Positions 19,741 through 28,776 of a DNA stretch of 64,000 nucleotides are shown here, piece after piece. The number at the start of each line of letters is the position of its first letter. Within the stretch, counting starts at the first letter, position 1. The notes below the pieces were generated by a model. That model did no database searches, was not told the DNA's origin, and worked only from the letters and a program-made list of their open reading frames with translations. Source of the stretch: Eubacteriales bacterium (GTDB lineage Bacteria; Bacillota; Clostridia; Oscillospirales; SIG627); the NCBI GenBank assembly GCA_045536965.1, contig JAZSON010000012.1, positions 211,889 to 275,888 on the forward strand. The letters are read 5' to 3'. The translations under genes were made by a program, and so were the position numbers.

Positions 19741-20493
19741 ATGCGTTTAAGTGTTTGTCTTCCCATGTTTTTCAAAAACCTTCCGCTCCCCGACGCCGTC
19801 CGCAAAACCGCAGAACTGGGATACACTGCCTGCGAAGCATGGAGGGTGCCAGACGATGCGGATTTAGAAGCCACCGCCGCCGTCTGCGAAGAGTGTGGCG
19901 TGGATTTTTTGGCGATCTGCACCGATTTCTTTGATTGCACCGACGGAGACGAGAAAGCATATGTGGCAGGGGTACGCTCTGCCGCCGTCAAAGCAAAAGC
20001 GTTAGGGGCAAAAATACTCATTTCGCAAGTAGGAAAAGACACCGGTGCCCCCGCTACCGTACAGCACGCCAACGTTGTAAAATGCCTTAAAGCAGCGGTA
20101 CCCGTTTTAGAGGAAACAGGGCTGACTATTGTGATCGAGCCACTGAACACCTTGCTTAACCACAAAGGGTACTATTTATGGTCCTCCCTCGAGGGGTTCG
20201 AGATCGCACGAGAGGTTGATCACCCACAAGTCAAGGTGCTTTACGACATCTACCACCAACAAGTCATGGAAGGGAATTTGATTACCAATATCACGGAAAA
20301 TCTGCAGTGGATCGGGCATCTGCATGCTGCGGGCTGCCCCGGTCGCCATGAACTGAACAACGGCGAGATCAACTACGGTGCGGTCTTTGAAGCAGTGGAT
20401 TCCGCGGGCTACCAAGGTGCCTGTGCATTGGAATACAAACCCCTCCTTCTTCCCGAAGAAAGTCTGGCGCTAACAAAAAAGCTTTACTGTTGA
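19741..20493 (+). CDS. Hydroxypyruvate-isomerase-family protein (xylose-isomerase-like TIM barrel)
   Basis: ORF track, 250 aa. CLPMFFKNLPLPDAV..GYTACE, VIEPLN, YDIYHQQVMEGNL, HLHAAGCPGRHE and GEINY follow the Hyi/OtnI-like pattern. Confidence 0.75.
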   Translation: MRLSVCLPMFFKNLPLPDAVRKTAELGYTACEAWRVPDDADLEATAAVCEECGVDFLAICTDFFDCTDGDEKAYVAGVRSAAVKAKALGAKILISQVGKDTGAPATVQHANVVKCLKAAVPVLEETGLTIVIEPLNTLLNHKGYYLWSSLEGFEIAREVDHPQVKVLYDIYHQQVMEGNLITNITENLQWIGHLHAAGCPGRHELNNGEINYGAVFEAVDSAGYQGACALEYKPLLLPEESLALTKKLYC

Positions 20494-20495
20494 TG

Positions 20496-20537
20496 ATAAG
20501 ACGGCTCTTGTTAAAGGGCCGTCTTATTTCTTTTTTT
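20496..20537 (+). terminator. Rho-independent terminator after the isomerase gene
   Basis: ataagacggc / gccgtcttat stem followed by TTTCTTTTTTT. Confidence 0.65.
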
Positions 20538-20543
20538 GCCCTC

Positions 20544-20572
20544 TTGCTTTTCAGGTCGGTTTCTTGTATAAT
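20544..20572 (+). promoter_or_regulatory. Promoter candidate for the CBM9-like surface protein gene
   Basis: TTGCTT, 17-nt spacer, TATAAT. Confidence 0.45.
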
Positions 20573-20624
20573 GTAGGCGTATACTCATGTGCAAACCAAA
20601 CAAAAAACGTATGGAGGTTTACCC

Positions 20625-22112
20625 ATGTCGAAATTTGTATCTCTTCTGCTTATTCTTTTGATGCTTTTGACTGCAAGTTCGTCCCTTCTTGTTTTCGCCG
20701 AAGGCGGTATGGACCTGCCCTCGCTGGAAGACATTTTAAATCAGGGTGCCGCCGCTCCCTCTTTATACTACACGCCTTCTACCGAAACCGTTTTTGCTCG
20801 TAAGTTTGTCACCGCCCCCAAAATCGACGGCAATGTTTCTACCGCCGAATGGGGCATTGCTACCCTCGTAAACGTACAGGACAAAGGCAATGTCGAAGGT
20901 GACGAGGGCAGATTCCCCTCCACTTTTGCCAACCGTGTGAATTCAAGCTCCCGTTCGGGCGAGATCAAAGAGGGTGCTCTTTCCTTCACAGCATGGTTGA
21001 GATGGGATGCTGACAATCTGTATGTTGCACTGATCACCGAAGATAAATCTCCTTTCAATTCTTGGATCAAAACCGAGCCCGATGCCATGTGGCGCGGTGA
21101 CTCTCTGCAAATATCGGTCAACACCGCCGGAAACTGGGCTATGCAACGCGGTGTTGATACCGTTTCGTATGAAGTTTCGCCCACCTATAACAAGGGCGTT
21201 TTTGCCGTCGACAACAAAGCTTCTTGCGGTTTTGAATCCTTGTGCGGTGTATACCGCAACGCAGATCCTGCCTTGACCAATGCCGTTGTGAAAAACGACG
21301 GAACAAAAACCACCTATGAAATCGCCATCGCATGGGAAGCCTTCCACGACGAAAAGGTTGATGTGAAAACCGGTGACATCGTTGGCATGGCACTCGGTTT
21401 GGTTTCCGGTTCTGCCGAAAAAATTAACAACTACTTAACCTGGGGCGACATGCATCTCGGATTCCCCTCGGGCGGCGAAACCACCGTTACCGCCTCGCAA
21501 CGCGTGGGCGACAACAAAGTGGTTTTGAGCGACTATGATATCAACAGCACCGAAAAAGAACCTGCATTCCCGAAATACTCCGTGAAATTCTACAGCGAGA
21601 TCTCGGGTGAAAAAGAGGAGCTCTTTTCCTATCTCAGTGAACCTCAGGATTATCTGCGCGAACCCGACGTTCCCGATGTTGACGGCAATTCTTTCCTGTA
21701 CTGGGAAGGTAACTACGATGCCAACTCCCGCGAACCCATCACACACGATGTTGAATTGACCGCTGTTTACAATCGTCTTTTCAAGGTCGTTTTCCGCAAA
21801 GAAAAAGACGGCAAAGTATTGCTTTCGAGAAAAGTTGCCGCAGGTACAAAGCTCGATCCTCCCACAAACCGTGTAGACAAAGGTTTTGTCAAGTGGAGTA
21901 CCGATGAATATAAAAATGTACAAAAAGACCTTGACATTTACGCGATCTATGGCACGGCAAACTCCAATAATACCGACAACAATGACAACAATGACAGCGA
22001 TGACAGTGACGGTTCTATGACGTTGATTATCATAATTGCCATAGCGGCCGTTGTGGTGATCGGCGGTGGCGTAACAGCCGTTTTGATGATCAAAAAGAAA
22101 AAAAGCGCCTAA
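20625..22112 (+). CDS. Secreted, C-terminally membrane-anchored protein with a CBM9/DOMON-like carbohydrate-binding region and two Listeria-Bacteroides (Flg_new-like) repeats
   Basis: Start at ATG 20625 (MSKFVSLLLILLMLLTASSSLLVFA signal; GGAGG upstream). ALSFTAWLRWDADNLYVALITED is CBM9-like. YSVKFY..FLYWEG and FKVVFRKE..FVKWST are repeat-like units. An N/D-rich linker is followed by a C-terminal TM plus KKKK. Confidence 0.55.
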   Translation: MSKFVSLLLILLMLLTASSSLLVFAEGGMDLPSLEDILNQGAAAPSLYYTPSTETVFARKFVTAPKIDGNVSTAEWGIATLVNVQDKGNVEGDEGRFPSTFANRVNSSSRSGEIKEGALSFTAWLRWDADNLYVALITEDKSPFNSWIKTEPDAMWRGDSLQISVNTAGNWAMQRGVDTVSYEVSPTYNKGVFAVDNKASCGFESLCGVYRNADPALTNAVVKNDGTKTTYEIAIAWEAFHDEKVDVKTGDIVGMALGLVSGSAEKINNYLTWGDMHLGFPSGGETTVTASQRVGDNKVVLSDYDINSTEKEPAFPKYSVKFYSEISGEKEELFSYLSEPQDYLREPDVPDVDGNSFLYWEGNYDANSREPITHDVELTAVYNRLFKVVFRKEKDGKVLLSRKVAAGTKLDPPTNRVDKGFVKWSTDEYKNVQKDLDIYAIYGTANSNNTDNNDNNDSDDSDGSMTLIIIIAIAAVVVIGGGVTAVLMIKKKKSA

Positions 22113-22136
22113 TTTTTAATTAAAATATTTATACAA

Positions 22137-22173
22137 ACAAGAAGCGCAAACCGCAGAGGTTTGCGCTTCTTGT
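22137..22173. terminator. Bidirectional terminator between convergent genes
   Basis: acaagaagcgcaaacc / ggtttgcgcttcttgt 16-bp stem with a 5-nt loop, flanked by A-rich and T-rich tracts. Confidence 0.75.
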
Positions 22174-22179
22174 TTATGC

Positions 22180-23472
22180 TTATTTTAAGAAAAGTTCAAC
22201 AACGGGAATCAGCGTATCGGGCTTGACGACGGGAAGAATAATATCCAGAACACCTTCGTCTACTCTGTTTGCAGCCATTCTCAGTTCGCTGTTATCATGC
22301 AAAAACTGGGCATATGCTACGCGACCGAGCAATCCTTTAAGATGCAAAACCTGGAACGGATATTGGAAAAGGTGAACGTAGAGACGTTTGCCATCTTCGC
22401 TTTGGGTCAGTTTGCAACCATCGGGGCAAATAAGATCAGGCTCTGCCATGGTACAGCCGTAAATGGATTTTCCGTTATACTTCATCCATTGACCGTATGC
22501 CTGTAAAGCTTTTTCGGCGCGGGCATCAAAATAACCGCGGGCTGTCGGGCCGACGTTCATAATCATGTTACCGCCAAGTGCAACGGTGGAAATGAGCATT
22601 TGCAAAAGCATTTCGGGGGATTTCCAAGTATATTCATCGCGGTAATAACCCCAAGCGCCCGAAAGGGTATGGCAGGCTTCCCAAGGCACGAGTTCACCCG
22701 TTTCGGGATGCTTAACCCACGAGGTAGGCTGTTCCTGCTCGGGTGTCCAGATGTCCTGATCGAGGTCGGCACGATTGTTGATGATGATATGGGGCTGCAA
22801 AGAACGCACCATATCGATCAGCCGTTCCGATTGCCAATCCTCTTTTCCCTTGCCAACCAACCAAGGCTTTTCTTTGTCGGTGTAATTAGGACCTGTATAT
22901 GAAAAATCAAACCAAAGAATGTCGATCTTTCCATAATTGGTCATAAGTTCCCGCACTTGATTATACATATAATCGGCGTATTTTCTTACGTCTCTTTTCT
23001 TTGTCTGCTCTTCGGAATCGGGATCGTCTCTGCGGGGATGTCGGGTGTCATAGGGAAATTCAGGATGATGCCAATCCAAAAGAGAATAGTAAAAGCCCAC
23101 TTTCAACCCTTCGGCGCGAAATGCTTCTACAAATTCTTTAACAAGATCTCGCCCCGCGGGGGTGTTGGTGCATTTATAATCTGTGTAAGCAGAATCGAAC
23201 ATGCAAAACCCTTCGTGGTGTTTGGTGGTCAAAACGGCATACTTCATGCCTGCCGCCTTCGCTTGCTTTGCCCAATCGGCAGGATCGTACATATCAGGAT
23301 CAAAATAGTTGAGCCAACGATCATAGGTTGCTTCGGACAGCGTTTCGTATTTTTTCACCCATTCATGACGCGCGCCCAAAGAATACAGTCCGAAATGAAC
23401 AAACAAACCGAAACGGTCGTGGGTAAACCACGCAGTATCGCCGGGGGTCTTTTTCACTTGATAGCTTGACAT
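22180..23472 (-). CDS. GH29-family alpha-L-fucosidase
   Basis: ORF track, 430 aa. FGLFVHFGLYS, TTKHHEGFCMFDS and DILWFDF are typical GH29 blocks. Confidence 0.85.
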   Translation of the reverse strand: MSSYQVKKTPGDTAWFTHDRFGLFVHFGLYSLGARHEWVKKYETLSEATYDRWLNYFDPDMYDPADWAKQAKAAGMKYAVLTTKHHEGFCMFDSAYTDYKCTNTPAGRDLVKEFVEAFRAEGLKVGFYYSLLDWHHPEFPYDTRHPRRDDPDSEEQTKKRDVRKYADYMYNQVRELMTNYGKIDILWFDFSYTGPNYTDKEKPWLVGKGKEDWQSERLIDMVRSLQPHIIINNRADLDQDIWTPEQEQPTSWVKHPETGELVPWEACHTLSGAWGYYRDEYTWKSPEMLLQMLISTVALGGNMIMNVGPTARGYFDARAEKALQAYGQWMKYNGKSIYGCTMAEPDLICPDGCKLTQSEDGKRLYVHLFQYPFQVLHLKGLLGRVAYAQFLHDNSELRMAANRVDEGVLDIILPVVKPDTLIPVVELFLK

Positions 23473-23603
23473 AAAAAACCAACCTTTCTGTTGTAATATT
23501 GTGAAAATTCTGTTATACTCTATATGGATTTGTAATTTTAGAATACATTGATTTTCCCTTGATTACAATGGATTTACAAAGATTCAAATATGGAGTTTTT
23601 CGT

Positions 23604-24434
23604 ATGGAGCATAAAATTCTGTTCAATCGGGAGCTTTTGACCCTGTCCAATGAATTGGCTTTTTCTTTTTCCGACGGCGCTTATGCCACCGTCACCCCAA
23701 AAACGTGGAAGGTTTCCGAAATCAGCTCTCCGTTTTCCCGCCTTTACTATATTTTATCCCCGGGCGGATATCTGACTGTCAATGGGAAAACCATCCCTCT
23801 TTTAGCGGGGCGGTTATATCTGATCCCAAACGGAATGACCTTCGGGTTCGGTTGCACCGTGCCTTTTGACAAATTTTTCTTCCACTTCCACCTGCTCCTT
23901 CCCGACGGATACGATGTTTTTTTATCTTGCAAGGAAGTGCTTTCCATGGAGATCTCCGAAAGTGAAGTCGCAGAGATTCGTCGGGCATTTTTCTCAAAAG
24001 CCGAATTATCCGATGCCCTCCATATCAAAGAATCGGTATTTCGGCACATCACACAACTGATCTCCCGCTCGTCTTTCGGTTTAAGCCACGTTTCGTTGTA
24101 TTCGGCTCCCGTGCGGGATACCCTTTCCTACATTCAGCAAAATCTTTCGGTGCAACTCAACGTCGGTATGTTGGCGCGCCGTCTGTTTCTTTCGGAATCC
24201 ACCCTATCAAAGCTCTTCAAAAAAGAACTCGGAAAAACCGTCGGTGCCTATGTTGACGATCTTGTTTTCGACCGTGCGCGCAGTCTTTTGGTCGGCACGC
24301 AGGAAAGCATCGCCGCCATCAGCGAAACACTTGGTTTTTGTGACCAATTTTATTTTTCGCGCCGTTTCCGTCAGCGTTATCACCTTGCTCCGCGGGAATA
24401 CCGCAACCGCGAATCGGCTTTATACGGCGTGTAG
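23604..24434 (+). CDS. AraC-family transcriptional regulator
   Basis: ORF track 23559..24434 (TTG). ATG candidates lie at 23568 and 23604, so the start is uncertain. C-terminal LSESTLSKLFKKELGKTVGAYV..ISETLGFCDQFYFSRRFRQRYHLAPREYR is an AraC HTH pair. Confidence 0.8.
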   Translation: MEHKILFNRELLTLSNELAFSFSDGAYATVTPKTWKVSEISSPFSRLYYILSPGGYLTVNGKTIPLLAGRLYLIPNGMTFGFGCTVPFDKFFFHFHLLLPDGYDVFLSCKEVLSMEISESEVAEIRRAFFSKAELSDALHIKESVFRHITQLISRSSFGLSHVSLYSAPVRDTLSYIQQNLSVQLNVGMLARRLFLSESTLSKLFKKELGKTVGAYVDDLVFDRARSLLVGTQESIAAISETLGFCDQFYFSRRFRQRYHLAPREYRNRESALYGV

Positions 24435-24476
24435 TCTTTCGGACAATTTATTTGTTTAAAAAGTGCGCTTTCCCCG

Positions 24477-24506
24477 TTGACTTTATCCGCTGTCTTCCCC
24501 TATAAT
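24477..24506 (+). promoter_or_regulatory. Promoter candidate for the 741-aa surface protein gene
   Basis: TTGACT, 18-nt spacer, TATAAT. Confidence 0.5.
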
Positions 24507-24553
24507 AGTAAAAGGTTACTACGATGTTATTTTTATGCAAAAAGGAGTCTATC

Positions 24554-26779
24554 ATGAAAGCCGCATCCAAATGGTCGCTTTGTTTGTTGTTTATCATCGG
24601 TTTTCTCTTCGGTTCGGCTGTTTTTTCCGGCGCCGGACTTGAGCTGGGTATATCCATGTCCATCACCCCCGAAAAGGATATGTATGAAGCGGGTGATGCC
24701 GTCCGTTTCAATACCGCCATTACAAACAATACCGATACAAATTATACCGATCTTACTCTCGTTTACTATTTACCCGCCCAAATTACTCCCGATGAGAGTT
24801 TTGAACAAACCATCTCCATCAAAACCCTCGGCGCGGGTCAAACCTTCCAAGACTCCCGACTTGCCGGCATCATTGGTAATGACTCTTCTTCCAGCGTTTT
24901 ATGGATCATCCTCGCAATTGTGTTATTGGCCGCGGCCGTCGTAGGTATATTCTTCTTTTTGCGCCGCAAAAAAGTGGCCGCTCCGCGCGTTTTAGCGTTC
25001 TTCCTTTTATGCGCCCTCTCTCTCTCACCCATCTCTCTGGCTGCAGAAGCGGCATTTATTGCGCCTGAACGCACCTACGTTTCGGCAGAGACCGTCATGA
25101 GAAAACTGGGCGTCATACCCGCCACACTTTCCTCCTCGGATGCCATTCGCAAAAGAGATCTTGCGCAGTCTCTGTTCGTTTTACTTAATGGTCATAACGA
25201 TGCCTCTTCTTACGCAAACGAAGGTTATTTTTCCGATGTTCCCAAGTCCCATCCGCAAGCAGGCTATATCAACTTTGCAGGCGGTCTGGGTATCATGGAG
25301 TGGGAAGAAGACGAAGAAGGCAAAAAAACCTTCATTCCCACCGAAAGAATGTCGATTCAGGACATTGCTCGTTGCTTTATGCGGCTTCTCTGCGGCGGTA
25401 ACGGACGCGGTGAATTTACCCAAGAAAAAATCGATGCGCTGATCCAATCCAGCGGTCTTTCCACAGGCTTTGTTAAACTCAATATGCTGGCGACTCCCGC
25501 TTCTCTCGGTACCCTGTTTGTCAATCTTTTGACCATCACTCCGTCGGCGGCCGTGAAAAACGGCGCGTTTATCAACGTTTCAGATTCCTCGGATGCTTTT
25601 GCCTCCTACTGTCCCGCTTTTACCTGTGAAAACAGCGTCATCACCACCGAGGCAGAAGCCACCCAAACAGGCGTCCGTGTCATCACCGCACAAAAAACGG
25701 GCACTCCCGTCTATCTGCTCTCCAAAAACGGATTTTCATTCGCAGCCCCCCGCCCCGCGCTTCTCGCGGTCACGGCAGGCAAAATACAATACGGAGAAGA
25801 CACTTCGCTCCCGATCTATGCCGCCCTCTACGAAAAATCCGAAATCCTCCCTTATTATGGCAATAAGCCCGCCATGAGCAAGCCAACCGACGAGGAAGAA
25901 AAAGAAGAAAAACCCAAAGATCCGCCCAAACAAGAGAATCCCACACCCGAGCCCGAAAATCCGTTGACCGAAATACTGACGGCAGCGATCGTTGTAGATT
26001 CGGATGACATGAGTGTCACCCTTGTCAGTTGCGGTGCCACCCTGTCCTTCAATTATCCCGATATGTACGGCGGGTATCGCCCCTTTGCAGGCGAGGTTGT
26101 CGTTGTCAACTATGTAGAAGATGAGCTCGTTTCCATCGAAAAACCGCAGGATCTTGTCGGGTGGGTCACTAAGGGAAGCGGTAAAACCGTCAAGGTCGAT
26201 ATGGATTCCCGTTCATTCCCTCTCTTTGACCTCGTAGCAGATACGCAAAATGAAAACGAATTAAAACCCGCTTCATCTCTGCCGGAAGCCATCGAAAATA
26301 ATAACGGTCGAGTATTTGCCGCCCTGTTCATCTATAATGAGAAAGTCATTGCTTGGCTACCCGCCGAACTGGACGAACCCAATCTTTTGATTACCACCGT
26401 CAGCCGTCACGAGGAAACGGGAGAATTATCGTATCTATATGACGGATTGCCCTATATTTTGACCGATATTCCCTTCCCCGGAGAAGAAAGTGAAAAAACG
26501 GTCCCCACCATACTGTCTATTCAAAACAATACGGTCGTATTGGCAGAGCGTTTGCTCTCGATTACCGCCCAAGCCACCCTTGAAGATGACGGAAGCATCA
26601 CCGCGGGCGAGCTGGTCTTTCTGCCTCAAAACATCCTTACAGGTCTTGCAGTGGAAAATTCTGCCGCAATGAACGGCGCGGAAGATCTTCTTACCCGTCT
26701 GGCAGAAGCCCCTGCTCAAGTCACCCTCTACTATCAAACGGACGGCAGAGAAAACACTTTGTTTGCCTTTTCTCTTTGA
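24554..26779 (+). CDS. Large envelope protein: signal peptide, about 90-aa N-terminal domain, TM hairpin, SLH-like segment, long C-terminal domain of unknown function
   Basis: Start at ATG 24554 (MKAASKWSLCLLFIIGFLFGSAVFSGAG; AGGAG upstream). Internal LWIILAIVLLAAAVVGIFFFLRRKK is followed immediately by VAAPRVLAFFLLCALSLSPISLAAEA. YFSDVPKSHPQAGYINFAGGLGIMEW..FIPTERMSIQDIARCF resembles an S-layer-homology motif. I recognise no catalytic motif. Confidence 0.5.
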   Translation: MKAASKWSLCLLFIIGFLFGSAVFSGAGLELGISMSITPEKDMYEAGDAVRFNTAITNNTDTNYTDLTLVYYLPAQITPDESFEQTISIKTLGAGQTFQDSRLAGIIGNDSSSSVLWIILAIVLLAAAVVGIFFFLRRKKVAAPRVLAFFLLCALSLSPISLAAEAAFIAPERTYVSAETVMRKLGVIPATLSSSDAIRKRDLAQSLFVLLNGHNDASSYANEGYFSDVPKSHPQAGYINFAGGLGIMEWEEDEEGKKTFIPTERMSIQDIARCFMRLLCGGNGRGEFTQEKIDALIQSSGLSTGFVKLNMLATPASLGTLFVNLLTITPSAAVKNGAFINVSDSSDAFASYCPAFTCENSVITTEAEATQTGVRVITAQKTGTPVYLLSKNGFSFAAPRPALLAVTAGKIQYGEDTSLPIYAALYEKSEILPYYGNKPAMSKPTDEEEKEEKPKDPPKQENPTPEPENPLTEILTAAIVVDSDDMSVTLVSCGATLSFNYPDMYGGYRPFAGEVVVVNYVEDELVSIEKPQDLVGWVTKGSGKTVKVDMDSRSFPLFDLVADTQNENELKPASSLPEAIENNNGRVFAALFIYNEKVIAWLPAELDEPNLLITTVSRHEETGELSYLYDGLPYILTDIPFPGEESEKTVPTILSIQNNTVVLAERLLSITAQATLEDDGSITAGELVFLPQNILTGLAVENSAAMNGAEDLLTRLAEAPAQVTLYYQTDGRENTLFAFSL

Positions 26780-26859
26780 TTTTTCGGCCACTTGTGAGAT
26801 TTGTGCAAAAAAAACTGTAAAATCCGTTGAGTTGCACAAACAAAAACAGAAAAGAGTGC

Positions 26860-26888
26860 TTGATTATGCCGCCATCTTATGTTATAAT
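26860..26888 (+). promoter_or_regulatory. Promoter candidate for the solute-binding protein gene
   Basis: TTGATT, 17-nt spacer, TATAAT preceded by TGt; leaves a leader of about 95 nt. Confidence 0.5.
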
Positions 26889-26988
26889 ATTGATGTATGG
26901 GACAAAGTGCGCCCTTTTACCGCGCAAAAGTGGTGTTTTTACCGCATAAGCGGGTGAATACAGTCATAACACGGAGGTTTTGAATCCT

Positions 26989-28707
26989 ATGAAGAAAAAA
27001 ATTGCATTATTGCTGGTGCTGATTATGCTCCTGATGACCGCAGTTTCTTGCGGTAGCATATCCGGAAAGGGTGCTATAATCCCTATGTACCTCACCTCGG
27101 CTCAATCGAATCTTGATCCTGCCGCTGTGATTTACGACAAGGATACCATGCAATATTTGAGCCTTTTGTATGAAGGTCTTGTAACCATGACGGAAGACGG
27201 CGAGATCGAAGAAGGCATTGCCGAAGAATGGTACACCGAAGAAGAAGACGGCGAGATTTGTGTCTATTTCCGTCTGCGCGAAACCCGTTGGAACGACAAA
27301 GTGCTCGTAACCGCCGACAACTTTGTGTACGCATGGCAACGCATTTTGACGCCTTCGTTCCAAAGTCCTGCCGCTCCCTTGCTGTATGATATTAAAAATG
27401 CGAAAAAAGTAAAATCCGGTGAACTGACGGTTGCCGATCTCGGCGTTACCGCAGTAGAAAACGGTCTGCTTCGCATTGTTTTGGAAAAAGACATCGAACT
27501 TTCCCTTCTTTTGGAGAACCTTGCTTCTCCCGCCCTTGGTCCCCTGCGCGATGATATCGTGGAAGGTTCTGCTGTTTGGTCTTCTTCCGCCGCCGCATTC
27601 TCCGCAAACGGTCCTTTTGCCGTGAAGCGTTTGACCTATAAAACCGCTGCAGGACAGCAAGAAGCTACCAGCCGTGATCCCGATGCCATTGTCACCGAGA
27701 TCTGCCTGGAAAGAAATGCTTACTATTATTCCGAGTTGGATGAAGACAACCCCGCCAAATATGTAACTCCCCACCGTTTGCTCACCGACTACGAAAACGC
27801 CGTAGCCGATGCCATGGAAAAATTTGAGTCGGGCGATATCTTCTATATCGGTTCTTTCACCAAAGATACTTACAATGCCGTAAAAGATGATGTTGTAACC
27901 GCGCCCCTTCTTTCGACCGGCACACTCTTCTTCAACTGCAAAAACGATCTTTTCTCCGACGCTTCAGTCAGAGCGGCTCTTAGCCAAGGTCTTGACCGCA
28001 ACGCCATCGCAGAAATCGTCGGTTTGGGCGCCAAAGCCGCAACCGCCTTTGTGCCCGAAAGCGTGTTTGATGACAAAACCGAAGAAGATTCTTCTTTCCG
28101 TCAACACGGCGGCGCTCTCTACTCCTTCGACAGCACCGCTGCCAAAAATGCTCTCAAAGGCAAAAACGGCAGCTTTGAAATCACCTACCGCAAAGCCAAC
28201 GCAACCCACAAAGCTGTGGCTGAAGAAGTCGCGAAACAGTGGTCGAAACTGGGCTTTGGCGTCAAAGCAAAAGCTTTGAGCAATGCTGATTACGAAGCCG
28301 CCCTTTCGACGGGTGCTTTTGATGTGTTGATGCTTGACTATCAGGGTCTTTCCTCTTCGGCATATTCTTTCCTCGCACCCTTTGCCCGCTATTACAGCGG
28401 TAACTCGGTAGATGTCCGCGGGGAACTTTTCACCCCCCATGTCACCGGTTATGAATCTGACAAATACGATGCAGCCGTAGATGCCGTTCTCAACGAAACC
28501 ACCCGCAAAGCCCGCGCAGAAAAATTGCACGAGGTAGAAAAACTGCTCTGCAAAGATGCTCCCGCAATTGCACTTTATTTCAACTACAACGCCTATCTTG
28601 CCTCCGACCGTTTGGACGGTGTAACCACCGACGTATTCGGTTGCTTCGATTTCAACGAAGTTGAGCTTGAAGGCTATGAAGAAGTTATTGAGGCTCTCGG
28701 CGAATAA
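26989..28707 (+). CDS. ABC-transporter substrate-binding lipoprotein, family 5 (peptide/oligosaccharide/nickel type), orphan
   Basis: Start at ATG 26989 (GGAGG 11 nt upstream; the track TTG at 26980 is less likely). Lipobox LLMTAVSCGS. Length and blocks (WNDKVLVTADNFVYAWQR, TGAFDVLMLDYQG) fit SBP family 5. Confidence 0.75.
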   Translation: MKKKIALLLVLIMLLMTAVSCGSISGKGAIIPMYLTSAQSNLDPAAVIYDKDTMQYLSLLYEGLVTMTEDGEIEEGIAEEWYTEEEDGEICVYFRLRETRWNDKVLVTADNFVYAWQRILTPSFQSPAAPLLYDIKNAKKVKSGELTVADLGVTAVENGLLRIVLEKDIELSLLLENLASPALGPLRDDIVEGSAVWSSSAAAFSANGPFAVKRLTYKTAAGQQEATSRDPDAIVTEICLERNAYYYSELDEDNPAKYVTPHRLLTDYENAVADAMEKFESGDIFYIGSFTKDTYNAVKDDVVTAPLLSTGTLFFNCKNDLFSDASVRAALSQGLDRNAIAEIVGLGAKAATAFVPESVFDDKTEEDSSFRQHGGALYSFDSTAAKNALKGKNGSFEITYRKANATHKAVAEEVAKQWSKLGFGVKAKALSNADYEAALSTGAFDVLMLDYQGLSSSAYSFLAPFARYYSGNSVDVRGELFTPHVTGYESDKYDAAVDAVLNETTRKARAEKLHEVEKLLCKDAPAIALYFNYNAYLASDRLDGVTTDVFGCFDFNEVELEGYEEVIEALGE

Positions 28708-28726
28708 TCATATTTTATAAAACAAC

Positions 28727-28760
28727 AACCCCTGTAATGTAAGAATTACAGGGGTTTGTT
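28727..28760 (+). terminator. Rho-independent terminator after the SBP gene
   Basis: aacccctgtaat / attacaggggtt 12-bp stem followed by TGTT. Confidence 0.6.
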
Positions 28761-28776
28761 AAAAGCGGAGGACATT

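Noticed and set aside
21955-22015. Short imperfect tandem repeats (GACAACAAT-like) that might be a repeat locus.
   Set aside because: They are in frame within a CDS and encode an N/D-rich linker. This is not a CRISPR or a non-coding satellite. They are mentioned only as possible linker-length variability.
26763-26957. 64-aa plus-strand ORF in the intergenic region upstream of the SBP gene.
   Set aside because: It starts inside the preceding gene's last codons and spans the promoter candidate. It has no RBS and its composition is unconvincing.
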